NCBI RefSeq assembly: GCF_947497935.1
Contig: NZ_CANMIO010000017.1
Coordinates: 14,561-78,560, forward strand
Direction: 5' to 3'
Source of the DNA: an uncultured Shewanella sp.
GTDB taxonomy: Bacteria > Pseudomonadota > Gammaproteobacteria > Enterobacterales > Shewanellaceae
Length of the DNA: 64,000 nt
Shown here in pieces: positions 7,733 to 17,828 of this stretch. A program made the position numbers and the translations under genes. Positions within the stretch are counted from its first letter, which is position 1. Every line of letters starts with the position of its first letter. Below the pieces are notes generated by a model, which made no database searches, was not told the origin of the DNA, and worked only from the letters and a program-made list of their open reading frames with translations.

Positions 7733-10381
7733 TTACAACAAGCTCTCACATTTAGGACATTTGATGTTTGTAGGATTCCAAGGCATTTGTGAGTGATATG
7801 ACCAATAGTCGCCATTTTTGATAAGTCGTGTATCACAACTATAGCAATGGTTATACACGGTAAAGTGCTGACATTCATTGCACTCGTACCACATAGAGCG
7901 TTGATTAGCCTTTATCCATTTTTCTTTCCCGTGGATTCTTACTCTTCGGCTATTTTCCGGTGGCTGGATAGGAGTTAAGTTATGAGAGCCGCAAGCAATA
8001 CAGAAATTTACAGACTCAACATCATCTAATGAGTTATCTAATGAGTTATCTAATGAGTTATCTTCGATACCATATTGCAAGAACATCCCTATCATACGTT
8101 GAAACTCATCTAAATAACGAAACCTTAAGACTGGGTTGGCACAGATAGCGCCATATTGATGGTACAAACTGCGATTAGCCTTATCCCAATCAAACATTGC
8201 TAATTCGCCAAGGTAACTATCTTGTCCCCAGATCTGCGGTGAAACTTTTTCATTAATTGCGCCCTTAGCTGGTTGGAGTACAAATACTGCATTAGCTCCA
8301 TTTTCACTGTAATTTTTCTCATGGTAGAGATGTTTGATTACACCTGAAATGCCACCATTCTTTTTCAGAGTACTTCTAGAGTAAAATTTAGCATCCATAA
8401 CAAAACGTTTCGTAAAGCGCTCACCACTCTTACGCTCAAAGTTGACGTCCATAACAAAATCAGGCGTTCTACCATTAGCAAGAACGGGTTCATATCTTAG
8501 TTGGACATCTCGCTTCAACACCTCATGGCTAAAGCCCAAGCTTTCGCGATGCCTACCTGTTGAAATTATTTTCAGCAACCTACGCTTCCAATCATCAACA
8601 GGCTGATAATGATAATTCTGTACTAACACTTTGATAATTTGTAATAAGCACCAGCGCTCATAGAGCAGAGGCATGTTGATTAACCCAATTTCTTCTACTT
8701 TCTCTAGAGATAGCAGTAGATCTTCATCGGTTAAACTCATTAGTTCACGAATTTTTTTATAGCCTGAATGCACAGCTTGATAATCAGGGTTTTGAACAAA
8801 CGTCATTGAGTTAGGAAAAGTAGAGGATGGCTTAACTCCTAACTTTTCAATCTGATTAAGTAAGGCTTTAAGTTTATGTAACTTAGGCTCAAGTTTCTCG
8901 TAGACTAATTTAATCAATAAATGTTGATTACTATAGGTAACCAGCTGGTTTTGAACAGATCGTTTTTCTCTGTCTTGCTCCGATTTCTCTTGAGATGTAA
9001 GCTGCTTTTTCCAACCATTATTTCGTATGAAATCGACTTTTTCCTTAGATGCCAAATATTTCTCTTGTCGCTTTTTTAAGCTCCAGCCACCAATAACGGT
9101 AATACTGGTCAAGTCTAGTAAGGTATAAATATGGTAAGGCTTACAATGTTGAGACATACCAGAAAAGTTAGCTAAATTAGCTTGAACCTCATATTCAAGA
9201 TACGACTCGAATAGTGACGAATAACTCTCACATCCTTCTCCAAATTTTAAAATGACAGTCTCATTTACTGATTCATATTCAAACCATGGGTCATTTGGAT
9301 TTGTTTTAACTCCAGCAAAAAAGCTTCCATCTTCATTTTTTTTTGATAACTTCAGATACCAGAGGTAAGTAGTCGATTGTCTAGGCTTATTGTTGTTAAT
9401 ATTTTCAAGCTGTTTATGCAGGCCACTAGTAATACCGCTAGCATTGCTCAAAGATTCCATCCGTTTTAAATCTTTTAAAACGAGTTCTTCATCGAGATGT
9501 TTAACATCACTAAACGCCTCAAGCCTTTCATTTAGCTTAATGACGGTATTCTCGAATCGATTGACCTTGCTCTTCGATATTGTGACTAACTGTTTTAAGA
9601 TTTTATGTATACGTTGTAAAGCAAATAACACGTAACGGTTTTCCGGTACGTTATAACTGGGTTCAGTAGCACGGCTGGTTAGGAACTTTCTGTATCCTTT
9701 GGTAGCGAGCTCCATAAAAGTGCGATTTACAGGTCTAACTAACTTTCGAGGTTTTAATGTTTGGATTTCTCGCAGTTCAGACTTAGGTTTCTTTAAGATA
9801 TTTTGTGCATGGGAGAGGATGTTATTGACTAGCTGAATGCTTTCTTCGCTTATCCCGCCTTCCTGTACCTTTTTTGCTTTGCCTGTGACGTAGCTATTTT
9901 CATCTAAGATCAACTCCCATAAATCACTCTTAAAGTCAGAGAGGTAGCGGTTTAGCTGCTCGGCTGTAAATTCAGAAGATCCGATAACGATTTGGCATAT
10001 CTGGCCACTCAGGTAAGCCTTTATATTGCCTGCCGTTCGGTGGGCCTTACCAGCCCAACGTTTATTGTCTTTTAGCCATACATCAGCCTCAACCCACCAC
10101 GTTTTGCCCGTGTCTCTATCTAGCACCTTCTTAAGAGGGATGCGTTGACCGTCAGCCCCTTCAAAATAGGGTGCAGTAGAGCTTTTAGTTAGCAGCCTAA
10201 AGGCTAATTGTCCATGTTTGACGCCGTCAGATTTAGGATAGATTACGGTATTACAAGTAAAGTGTTTTAGCGTGTCTTCATAATCGAGCTTTAAGGGAAT
10301 AAACGACTCTATAACGCTAACAACAGTGTTTTTGTCATACCAAGTAATATCTAGGTACTTTGCTTCAAACTTCGCTTTCAT
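7733..10381 (-). CDS. McrC-like nuclease (DUF2357-type) with a large internal insertion and four C-terminal CxxC motifs
   Basis: ENRY, FVQNPDY, LYERWC, RTPDF...MDAKFY; CIAC, CNEC, CYSC, CPKC; starts 2 bp after the NTPase stop. Confidence 0.8.
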   Translation of the reverse strand: MKAKFEAKYLDITWYDKNTVVSVIESFIPLKLDYEDTLKHFTCNTVIYPKSDGVKHGQLAFRLLTKSSTAPYFEGADGQRIPLKKVLDRDTGKTWWVEADVWLKDNKRWAGKAHRTAGNIKAYLSGQICQIVIGSSEFTAEQLNRYLSDFKSDLWELILDENSYVTGKAKKVQEGGISEESIQLVNNILSHAQNILKKPKSELREIQTLKPRKLVRPVNRTFMELATKGYRKFLTSRATEPSYNVPENRYVLFALQRIHKILKQLVTISKSKVNRFENTVIKLNERLEAFSDVKHLDEELVLKDLKRMESLSNASGITSGLHKQLENINNNKPRQSTTYLWYLKLSKKNEDGSFFAGVKTNPNDPWFEYESVNETVILKFGEGCESYSSLFESYLEYEVQANLANFSGMSQHCKPYHIYTLLDLTSITVIGGWSLKKRQEKYLASKEKVDFIRNNGWKKQLTSQEKSEQDREKRSVQNQLVTYSNQHLLIKLVYEKLEPKLHKLKALLNQIEKLGVKPSSTFPNSMTFVQNPDYQAVHSGYKKIRELMSLTDEDLLLSLEKVEEIGLINMPLLYERWCLLQIIKVLVQNYHYQPVDDWKRRLLKIISTGRHRESLGFSHEVLKRDVQLRYEPVLANGRTPDFVMDVNFERKSGERFTKRFVMDAKFYSRSTLKKNGGISGVIKHLYHEKNYSENGANAVFVLQPAKGAINEKVSPQIWGQDSYLGELAMFDWDKANRSLYHQYGAICANPVLRFRYLDEFQRMIGMFLQYGIEDNSLDNSLDNSLDDVESVNFCIACGSHNLTPIQPPENSRRVRIHGKEKWIKANQRSMWYECNECQHFTVYNHCYSCDTRLIKNGDYWSYHSQMPWNPTNIKCPKCESLL
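8024..8063. repeat. In-frame 12-bp tandem repeat (about 3.3 copies, encoding DNSL) inside the McrC-like gene
   Basis: ATCTAATGAGTT x3 followed by ATCT. Confidence 0.95.
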
Positions 10382-10383
10382 TG

Positions 10384-12579
10384 TTAAGCCCAGTAATTAA
10401 CCACGCCATCATTCGATTTTGCATTCTCAATAATAGCTCTCAGCCCTTCTACGCTGGAGAACTCACTTGAAACTGATTCATGCTCTGTTATCAGTTCTTC
10501 AAGTTTAGGTAGAAGTACTTTCTCTAGTAGGTCTAGCTTGTTGAAGTTTCCAGACTGTTTATTACCGTCAAAGGTAAACTTAGGTAGCACCTTATGGATA
10601 ATAAAATTATTAATCGCCTGTTCATGGCTTGAATTCAGCTCCGAGAACAACTCAAGGTAGTTAAGTCCTTGGCGAATGGTACGCATACCAAACTCAACAT
10701 CAAGAGGGCTAAAAAACTCTTTATTGAGTTCAACAAATAGCTGGCAAAAATCATCGTCTCGTTTAAAGCTTGGATAAGGGGCTCTTTCACCTAGCTCTTC
10801 AACCTCCATAAACAAAGGTTTTGAAACATCATCAAAGTCATAGGTATCGATTTCAGCAAATATCTCGTCCCAATCAGTTAAAAGTGGGCTCTTAAACTTC
10901 ATGATATGTGCGCGATCAAGAATTTTAGGCGACAAGTAATGAGTTGTCTCATCAATGTTAATCGCACCAATGATTCGAACGTTTGCAGGAATTTTTATTG
11001 TTGATGGTGTGCTTATAATGCCTACGAGCATACGGCGTATATCGCCATGATATTTGATTAGTGAATCTTTATCGCTAAAGCCAAAAGCACGCTTCATTTC
11101 AGTATTGACGGCTTCATCCTGCATTAGCTTCACAAAGTCGACCAGCCCATCTTGAGAGTACTTTTCTCTTGCCCCTGAAATGATGGCCACCACTGCTTTT
11201 AGTTCAGATAGTACATGCGCAGATTCATCATCAGAATAAAGCTGTATTTCAGGTGTATTTTCCCTATCTTCTAGTTTTGATAAGAAGTCAGCAAAATAGT
11301 ATTCAACCCTTGCTAAATTCATCTCATCTAAACAGATAAAATAAGGGACTTCTGGATTTTGTTGCGCTTCAATTAAAGCCTCCAAAAATGGTGTGGCTAG
11401 GTACTTTTTTTCTAGTGGGTTGTAGTAGCCGAGTAAATCCTCTGAGCTTGTCCAATTTGGCTTTACTGGAATAATTTTAGATACACCACCAACAGCTTTG
11501 GCAAACGACTGCACCAAGCTGGTTTTACCTGACCCTGAATCACCTGCCAATATGATTAAATCGTTTGAGCGAATAAGCGTAAGGTAGTTTTCGATGATAT
11601 GGCGTGGATAAAGAATATGCTGTTTTTCTAAATAAGCCTGAATGTATGAGACTGCTTGCTTATAATCACCGTCGAGTATCCCTGAAAAGCTGATCATATC
11701 TTCAGTTCCACGGCTCTTAGTCACTTCAAAGATAAAGCTATCGAAATCATCTTCATCGATGAACTCAAAGTCCTTTAGAAAAACGGCTTTTTCAGAAATA
11801 TAAGATTTTAGCTTTTCAATTTTTTTGGCCATTTCTATCTCGGTCTGTTTATATTGGTCTAACAAAGAAGTAAGTTCAGCTTGTTTTTCAGCTACAGCTC
11901 TATTTATTGCGAAATTGGTACTTTCCAGTTCAAGATTTCTAGATTGTAAGCTCTCTGCCTTAAGTCTTGTTTGTTCTAATTTTTCAGCATGTGAATTGAG
12001 TGACTCATCAAGCTGCTTTATCTCAGAATTAATATTGAGCTTTTTTGTATCAAGGGACTGCGCTAACAATCTAGCTTCATGCTCTAAATCATCTTTTAAT
12101 AATTTAAGTTGTAAGCTATAGAGCGTTTCTCGTAAAAGAGTCCCCCCTTCACTTCCAAGTAAATCTTCTTTATCTATTAGTGGAAGTTCGACTAAACGCT
12201 CAATCGTTTCCCCCTTTACCGCTAAAAGAAACGGGTTGTTTTTCTTATTACGCAATGATGACGAAGCTAAAGACAATTCACATGAGATCATCGCACTTTT
12301 ATCTTCACCTAAAATACCTTTTGCTATCAGAGGGCTAAGAAATGCTCCGGACTGTAGGTCTCTTTTTCCAACTAATGGATATTCAATATATTGACTATCG
12401 CTCGTCATCCTTGATTTTTTAATGCCAGCCCAGTTACCTTCAGCATTAGTAGTCAATTCCCCCCATACTTCAATCTTGCCATTGGTGATACCCCAACATT
12501 CAAATAAACGTTGATAAAGTTCTGCATCTGAAAGGTCTTTGACGACATCAAAACTATAGGTAATGTCTGTGTTACTCAT
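10384..12579 (-). CDS. McrB-like AAA+ NTPase (NxD type) with N-terminal domain and coiled coil
   Basis: Walker A GDSGSGKT, Walker B LDEMNLARVEYYFADFLS, GAINIDETT, KILDRA; heptad-rich region at about aa 145-260. Confidence 0.88.
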   Translation of the reverse strand: MSNTDITYSFDVVKDLSDAELYQRLFECWGITNGKIEVWGELTTNAEGNWAGIKKSRMTSDSQYIEYPLVGKRDLQSGAFLSPLIAKGILGEDKSAMISCELSLASSSLRNKKNNPFLLAVKGETIERLVELPLIDKEDLLGSEGGTLLRETLYSLQLKLLKDDLEHEARLLAQSLDTKKLNINSEIKQLDESLNSHAEKLEQTRLKAESLQSRNLELESTNFAINRAVAEKQAELTSLLDQYKQTEIEMAKKIEKLKSYISEKAVFLKDFEFIDEDDFDSFIFEVTKSRGTEDMISFSGILDGDYKQAVSYIQAYLEKQHILYPRHIIENYLTLIRSNDLIILAGDSGSGKTSLVQSFAKAVGGVSKIIPVKPNWTSSEDLLGYYNPLEKKYLATPFLEALIEAQQNPEVPYFICLDEMNLARVEYYFADFLSKLEDRENTPEIQLYSDDESAHVLSELKAVVAIISGAREKYSQDGLVDFVKLMQDEAVNTEMKRAFGFSDKDSLIKYHGDIRRMLVGIISTPSTIKIPANVRIIGAINIDETTHYLSPKILDRAHIMKFKSPLLTDWDEIFAEIDTYDFDDVSKPLFMEVEELGERAPYPSFKRDDDFCQLFVELNKEFFSPLDVEFGMRTIRQGLNYLELFSELNSSHEQAINNFIIHKVLPKFTFDGNKQSGNFNKLDLLEKVLLPKLEELITEHESVSSEFSSVEGLRAIIENAKSNDGVVNYWA

Positions 12580-12911
12580 TGATTATATGGCCTGTTCGCC
12601 CAAGGCGTCGGTACGGTGAATTTGGTGGTTTGAGCATCAGTTGAACGAACTATAATTTAGTTGCAAAATACCTTTAGCTCATCGAACTTAATAATTCTAT
12701 CGGTTTCAGTCAGTTTTAATTTATTGATGCCCATCATCTAACAAAATCCTTCTAGATAAATAACAAACAGTTACAGGCAGTTACAGACAGATTTTTAAAT
12801 TTCGATTGTGCCATAACTTACTGAGGAAACACAGGATTTAGCTCAAGGATTGAAGAACTAACCATCCTGTGAAAAGTGGACTAAGATCAGATCATTTCTT
12901 ATCGCGCAGCT

Positions 12912-13280
12912 TTGACTTTCCCTATAGAAACAAGGACCGTATTGGCTATGACCGAGAATGAGTTCATATCAACAATATATGCTGGAATTAACGTTGGTGA
13001 CATCATCAAGAAACCGAAAGTAACGTCAGAAATATTAGCAATCATGCAAAATGGAAACATCTACTATCGTGTTGGAGAACACAATAAGAAGTATATTTCA
13101 AAGAACGAGCTGGTGGACGTCTATGCGGTACTCAGTACCGGGGAGCTAAGCACTAAAGCTATTAGGAATATTGTGCCAAAGTCAAAACCGTTTAATTCAA
13201 CAACTATACAATGGCTAATAACCCATACCGGCCTCGCAAAACGTAATCAGCATGGTAGGTTCTCAAAAAACTGGCAGTGA
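12912..13280 (+). CDS. Hypothetical protein near the island end
   Basis: 122-aa ORF, no recognised motif; true start possibly the ATG at 12949. Confidence 0.55.
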   Translation: MTFPIETRTVLAMTENEFISTIYAGINVGDIIKKPKVTSEILAIMQNGNIYYRVGEHNKKYISKNELVDVYAVLSTGELSTKAIRNIVPKSKPFNSTTIQWLITHTGLAKRNQHGRFSKNWQ

Positions 13281-13617
13281 CTCATGCTGTTCAGCATTGA
13301 AAAATGGAGTTTCAAATGGATACTTGTGAAGTAAAAGCTATTGTTGAGAGCTTTGGTAATGGAAAACCTTTTAAAACCAGTGATTTCATCGAGTGGGTAA
13401 AACTTGCCAAAGAAACGGCTCTTGACCTGGTAACTGCTAACAGAGATCTTCAGGGCATTTATCGTTGTGCGAATCCTTTTAAATAGGAAAATAATTTGGG
13501 TTGCTTCTTAAAATAGTATTTGTACCATCAAACCAATGTAACACCCAATGAAACACCAACAAAAGCAACCGGCAAACAACCCGAATAATAACAACGCTTT
13601 AAGGTATCAAATAGAGC

Positions 13618-13633
13618 CCCGCCGCCTCCACCA
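13618..13633 (+). other. att core: duplicated 3' end of tmRNA (ssrA)
   Basis: CCCGCCGCCTCCACCA ends in CCA, and its last stem strand CGCCTCC would pair with a 5' GGGGGCG including a G3-U wobble; no upstream T-arm, so it is a fragment. Confidence 0.8.
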
Positions 13634-13660
13634 ATACTAGGTTAGCAATAACCTTCAAAG

Positions 13661-13699
13661 GCCGCTAAATCCCTACCAGACGGATTTAGCGGCTTTTTT
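13661..13699 (+). terminator. Rho-independent terminator after the att fragment
   Basis: GCCGCTAAATCC/GGATTTAGCGGC 12-bp stem followed by T6. Confidence 0.9.
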
Positions 13700-13923
13700 G
13701 TATCTGCTGTTTGCCCACCTTAGAATCCATACAAAAGAAATAGCCACTAACTAATTGATAAACAAGTTTTTTAGATAACTATTAAGTTCCTAAAATATCA
13801 ACAGTTAAGTATGTATGCTAAATCGTTCTCGATATTGCTATAGCCTGACTATCAATTTCAGTTACAAAAAAACCTGCACTTGGCAGGTTTTTTCATATCA
13901 AATCAGCTTATATTTCAAAGCAA

Positions 13924-14265
13924 TTAGTTTTGCTTTCTAACAAACTTAGACTTAAGCATCATCTGGCCGTGGCCATCAACTTTACAGTCAATATCGTGGT
14001 CTGCATCGACAAAACGCTTAATAACCGCTTTAGTACCTACTTTCAGGATTAGCGATGAACCTTTAACTTTAAGGTCTTTGATTAGCGTAACTTTGTCTTC
14101 TTCTGCTAATAGGTTGCCTACAGCATCTTTTAAGATGATTGCATCTGGATCGACGATAACTTCGTTCGGGTTCCATTCATGAGCACATTCAGGGCAAACT
14201 AGGTTTGAGCCGTCTTCGTAAACATATTCAGACTCACATTTTGGGCATGGTGGCATTGCGCTCAT
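13924..14265 (-). CDS. phnA: PhnA/YjdM zinc-ribbon protein
   Basis: [42 protein letters not shown]. Confidence 0.93.
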   Translation of the reverse strand: MSAMPPCPKCESEYVYEDGSNLVCPECAHEWNPNEVIVDPDAIILKDAVGNLLAEEDKVTLIKDLKVKGSSLILKVGTKAVIKRFVDADHDIDCKVDGHGQMMLKSKFVRKQN

Positions 14266-14864
14266 GGTATATTCTCTTTAATAAGTAATCTACTGAGCCA
14301 TACTCGATAAGCCACTGTAAAATGACCATCGCACGACTCGCATTTCAAAGATATATTATAATCAATATTTTGAATATCAGCTAGGTTCAAACCGCCGACC
14401 TGTGAACACGCCTCCCTTTGCCTCGAGCCAGACATGATCAAGTTATCATTTTCACCTCAAAAAGTTCGGTTTACGCCCGTAAACGAGTCATAAGTGCCAC
14501 TGACCTCTCAATTTCCACCCGCTATTAACGGCCTATTTAATCGTAAACAGCGTACTCTAGGCTCTAGGATCATCGTTCTAAGCTGAGAGCTCAAGACTCT
14601 ACAACCTTCCTTATAATAGTCGTTAGCAAAGGCCTATTCGAGTTGTACCTATATCGACTCCATATGCGCTGCAACAAACGAGAACAGCGGCTATTTGCTT
14701 GCACTTCCAAGCTTAACGCCGTGCAGGGTTCAGTATAGACAATTGGACTTCGACAAAGGAGCATTAGATATTAAGAATTGAGAATTGGGTGTGAGTGCTG
14801 AGTTTTCATTGTCGAGGTTTGTTGTAACGAGCTAATCTAGTGAGCTTAGTAGGAAGTCAGCCAC

Positions 14865-15075
14865 AAAAAAGCTCGCTAATAAGCGAGCCTTAAGAATGAG
14901 TGAAAAGCGCGTCGGGGTAGCTATCTTTCACAACAGGGTTATGCTATTTCCCTCGTTGACCGCGCTATAAGCCCAGAAACTAACACGGTTGCTGCTCTTA
15001 GAGCCATGACCTTTTACCTACTCACAAAAGCTAACTTTCACACCTACAAACACACAAACCTAAAGTGCTTGGCTA
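14865..15075 (-). ncRNA. Candidate small RNA or structured leader (5' end uncertain)
   Basis: Orphan minus-strand terminator (14865-14888) preceded by nested stems and a GU-rich tract, inside a roughly 970-bp ORF-free gap. Confidence 0.35.
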
Positions 15076-15237
15076 GCCGACTTACTACTTACTTACGCAA
15101 TAGTCATTGTCTAAAATACGCTTTTCATTATTTAGTATAGTCTATTTTTAAGCCGCTACTAAGCTGGGCTCACAATATTTTTCGCTGATAACATGGCTTA
15201 TTATCGCCCCGCTTTAAACCACTATTTAAATAAGGTC

Positions 15238-16071
15238 TTAATCCCTGATAGTCTTCATATATTGCTTTAGTGAGATCCCAAACTGTGTTTTAAAACGCTG
15301 GCTAAAACGTGCTTCTGATTGATAACCACATCGTATCGCTAACTCAAGTTGTGACAATGGAGTAACGTTCCTAGCCGTTCTCGATTGCATTGTGCCGATG
15401 GCAAACAGCATTCTAACTTCAGCTAAGATCACTCTAAATGAGGTACCCTCTTTGCTTAGGTGACGCATAAAGGTGGCTTGGCTCATAGCAAAATGGCTAC
15501 AGGTATTTTCAATTGTATGATTAGCCCCAGGTTCGGCTGACAAATAGCGGCTTACCTTTTCTCTTAGAGATAACAACTCTCCCTCAAACAGTCTAGATAA
15601 AGCTCCTAGCTCATTGAGCTGTAGGTAAAAAGCATCCAAGTAACACTGCTGAACGGCTGAACTTAAACCTTGTGCTGACATAGCGATAAGCTGCGAAAAC
15701 GCAAAGTTTAAGCTGTCATCCACCTTGAGACTCGGTGAACTCAAAACCGTTAAATCACTTGTCTCTAGGTTAGCTGGCTGCTTTAACACCCATTTCGAAG
15801 GGGGAGAGAGAAATGACAGCTGAATAGACTGAAACTTATTCTGATATGGCTCATTAACAAAGGTGAGCGCTTGTGCGGAAGAGGCAAGCAGCCAATGGTT
15901 AGAATCGAATGTTAGGGTTTCTCCCTGCCAAAGCAGGTCTTTCACGCCAGATGTCACCGCAATAATACTTGGTGTATATATAGGTACATTACGTAAAGGC
16001 TGCGATTTCTGCCCATAGAAACGCTCAATCTGAACCAATGGTGTCACTCTTACTCTCCTCCTTAATGGCAC
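15238..16071 (-). CDS. AraC family transcriptional regulator
   Basis: C-terminal MSQATFMRHLSKEGTSF...CGYQSEARFSQRFK; likely GTG start near 16047 after AGGAGG. Confidence 0.92.
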   Translation of the reverse strand: MPLRRRVRVTPLVQIERFYGQKSQPLRNVPIYTPSIIAVTSGVKDLLWQGETLTFDSNHWLLASSAQALTFVNEPYQNKFQSIQLSFLSPPSKWVLKQPANLETSDLTVLSSPSLKVDDSLNFAFSQLIAMSAQGLSSAVQQCYLDAFYLQLNELGALSRLFEGELLSLREKVSRYLSAEPGANHTIENTCSHFAMSQATFMRHLSKEGTSFRVILAEVRMLFAIGTMQSRTARNVTPLSQLELAIRCGYQSEARFSQRFKTQFGISLKQYMKTIRD

Positions 16072-16124
16072 TAACCTTTATTACAAAAGCTATTTACTGC
16101 AGCTATTTACACCGAAATAAGTGG

Positions 16125-16652
16125 CTAACGCACATAGGTTGCAGTTAATACCGCTTTATCTAGTGCCATTTTATTAAGAGTGAAACCCACAACTGCTGGG
16201 GAGATATCCGTTGGCAGATCAATTTTAGCCTCAGGAAGCGCCCAAATAGTGAATTGGTAACGATGCATGCCATCGCCTTCTGGTGGACAAACACCGCCGT
16301 AGCCTGGCTTGCCATAATCGGTTCTGGTTTCATGACCGATTTTAAGCCTGCCTGATGCACCTTGCTCTAACGATGTGGTCGCAACTGGTATATTGAGTAC
16401 AGTCCAGTGCCACCAGCCACTGCCTGTTGGTGCATCTGGATCAAATGCGGTAATGGCAAAACTTTTAGTCCCTTTTGGTGCATTACTCCAGCTAAGCTGA
16501 GGCGAAAGATTACCACCGTCACAGCCCATGCCCTTGTATTCAAACTTTGACGACATCAACTGTCCTTCACTGATATCTGAACTTGTTAACTCTAAGGCGT
16601 AGCTATGAGCCGAAAAAGCAATTAAGGCGATAGATAAAGCAAGACGTTTCAT
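16125..16652 (-). CDS. YbhB/YbcL (PEBP/Raf kinase inhibitor-like) periplasmic protein
   Basis: Signal peptide; DPDAPTGSGWWHW; YGGVCPP..HRY. Confidence 0.95.
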   Translation of the reverse strand: MKRLALSIALIAFSAHSYALELTSSDISEGQLMSSKFEYKGMGCDGGNLSPQLSWSNAPKGTKSFAITAFDPDAPTGSGWWHWTVLNIPVATTSLEQGASGRLKIGHETRTDYGKPGYGGVCPPEGDGMHRYQFTIWALPEAKIDLPTDISPAVVGFTLNKMALDKAVLTATYVR

Positions 16653-16854
16653 TGTTTTTTCCTAGATTACATGGTGAGTATGTAGCTAGTTTAGTCAAAA
16701 ACCAGAACAATAATTAACATAAACAATCACAATGAAGTATATAGACTATTATAGTGACAGTTTCTGTAATAAACATGAATTTCCATATAAATGCACTCAT
16801 AAAGTTCGAGATAAAACGGCAAACAGCACAGCGCACCTTCCCCCTATTAAAGAC

Positions 16855-17577
16855 TCACTTAATGTTAAAGCCCTGCCCGTTTATATAGGCTTGCATAAAG
16901 GGTCTCGACTCCTTACTCAGGGTCGCCTTGATTAGTTCGGACCAAGAGGTCTGTTTATTGTTACTGCTTCTGCTGGCGTAATAGGCTTGTATATGCTGAT
17001 CGTATTTCGCAAGCTCTTGCTTATCTAAGCTTTGATAACGCTCTTGATGGATCACGATACTCAAGGGTAAGCGTGGTTTTAGCTGCGGCATTTTAGCGGG
17101 ATACCCAAGGCACATACCGAATAAAGGCAATACATGTTTAGGTAAATCGAGGAGCTCTGTAACTTGCTGAGGATCATTGCGGATCCCGCCAATATACACA
17201 CCACCTAGCCCCATAGATTCAGCCGCTAACATGGCATTTTGCCCCATTAAACCGGTATCGACTGCACCTATTAATGTTTGCTCAGTAAACCCAAGTTTGG
17301 CATCTGGTTGTATTTGCTGATGACGGTTAAAGTCGGCACAAAAAACCAGAAACTCAGCTGCCGATTCAACATAGGCTTGCCCACCCGCAAGTTCAGCCAA
17401 CTTGGCTCTGATGCTTGGCAAGGTGACCCTAATAATACTGCTGCACTGTATAAAACTAGAGCTAGAGGCGGCATTGGCACAACGTAGGATGAGTTCCAAT
17501 TTTTCTGCTTCGATCTTTTGCTCAGTAAAGTGCCTAATCGAGCGATGCTGCAAAATGGTTTCTATGGTGTGATTCAT
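16855..17577 (-). CDS. nfsA: Oxygen-insensitive NADPH nitroreductase/flavin reductase
   Basis: HRSIRHF, ASSSSFIQCSSIIRV, GGVYIGGIRN, KPRLP. Confidence 0.95.
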   Translation of the reverse strand: MNHTIETILQHRSIRHFTEQKIEAEKLELILRCANAASSSSFIQCSSIIRVTLPSIRAKLAELAGGQAYVESAAEFLVFCADFNRHQQIQPDAKLGFTEQTLIGAVDTGLMGQNAMLAAESMGLGGVYIGGIRNDPQQVTELLDLPKHVLPLFGMCLGYPAKMPQLKPRLPLSIVIHQERYQSLDKQELAKYDQHIQAYYASRSSNNKQTSWSELIKATLSKESRPFMQAYINGQGFNIK

Positions 17578-17828
17578 GATTATTTCATTTTTAAGGTTTG
17601 AAATAACAGCCTACTTTCCCTTCATACATGCCGCAACCTAAAGCATTAAAAAGAAAACCCTTTTCTACTCTAAAGCCTGCTATGAACTAACCGATAAATT
17701 CAGATTCAGACAGGAAACAGTGAAACAAAAGAGCAAAATATCAACAACTACATCAGATGCTTAACTAAAATTAAATGTGATTCATCTTTATTGACCTGTT
17801 ACTACTACAGGAATAGGTTAATAAACAT

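Larger units (their letters stand above)
1..13633. mobile_element. Genomic island (CP4/P4-integrase type) integrated at the 3' end of ssrA; left boundary lies outside the window
   Basis: AT-rich block with R-M, recombinase, integrase remnant, AlpA and YagK genes, ending at a duplicated tmRNA-type 3' end (13618-13633) followed by a terminator and core genes. Confidence 0.85.

Noticed and set aside
2782-13613. Exact 13-bp match AAGGTATCAAATA at the res-like site (2782-2794) and next to att (13601-13613)
   Set aside because: About one 13-bp match is expected by chance in 13 kb of AT-rich DNA; the position is suggestive but insufficient
13618-13633. Complete tRNA or tmRNA gene
   Set aside because: Only the last 16 nt are present, with no T-arm or upstream body
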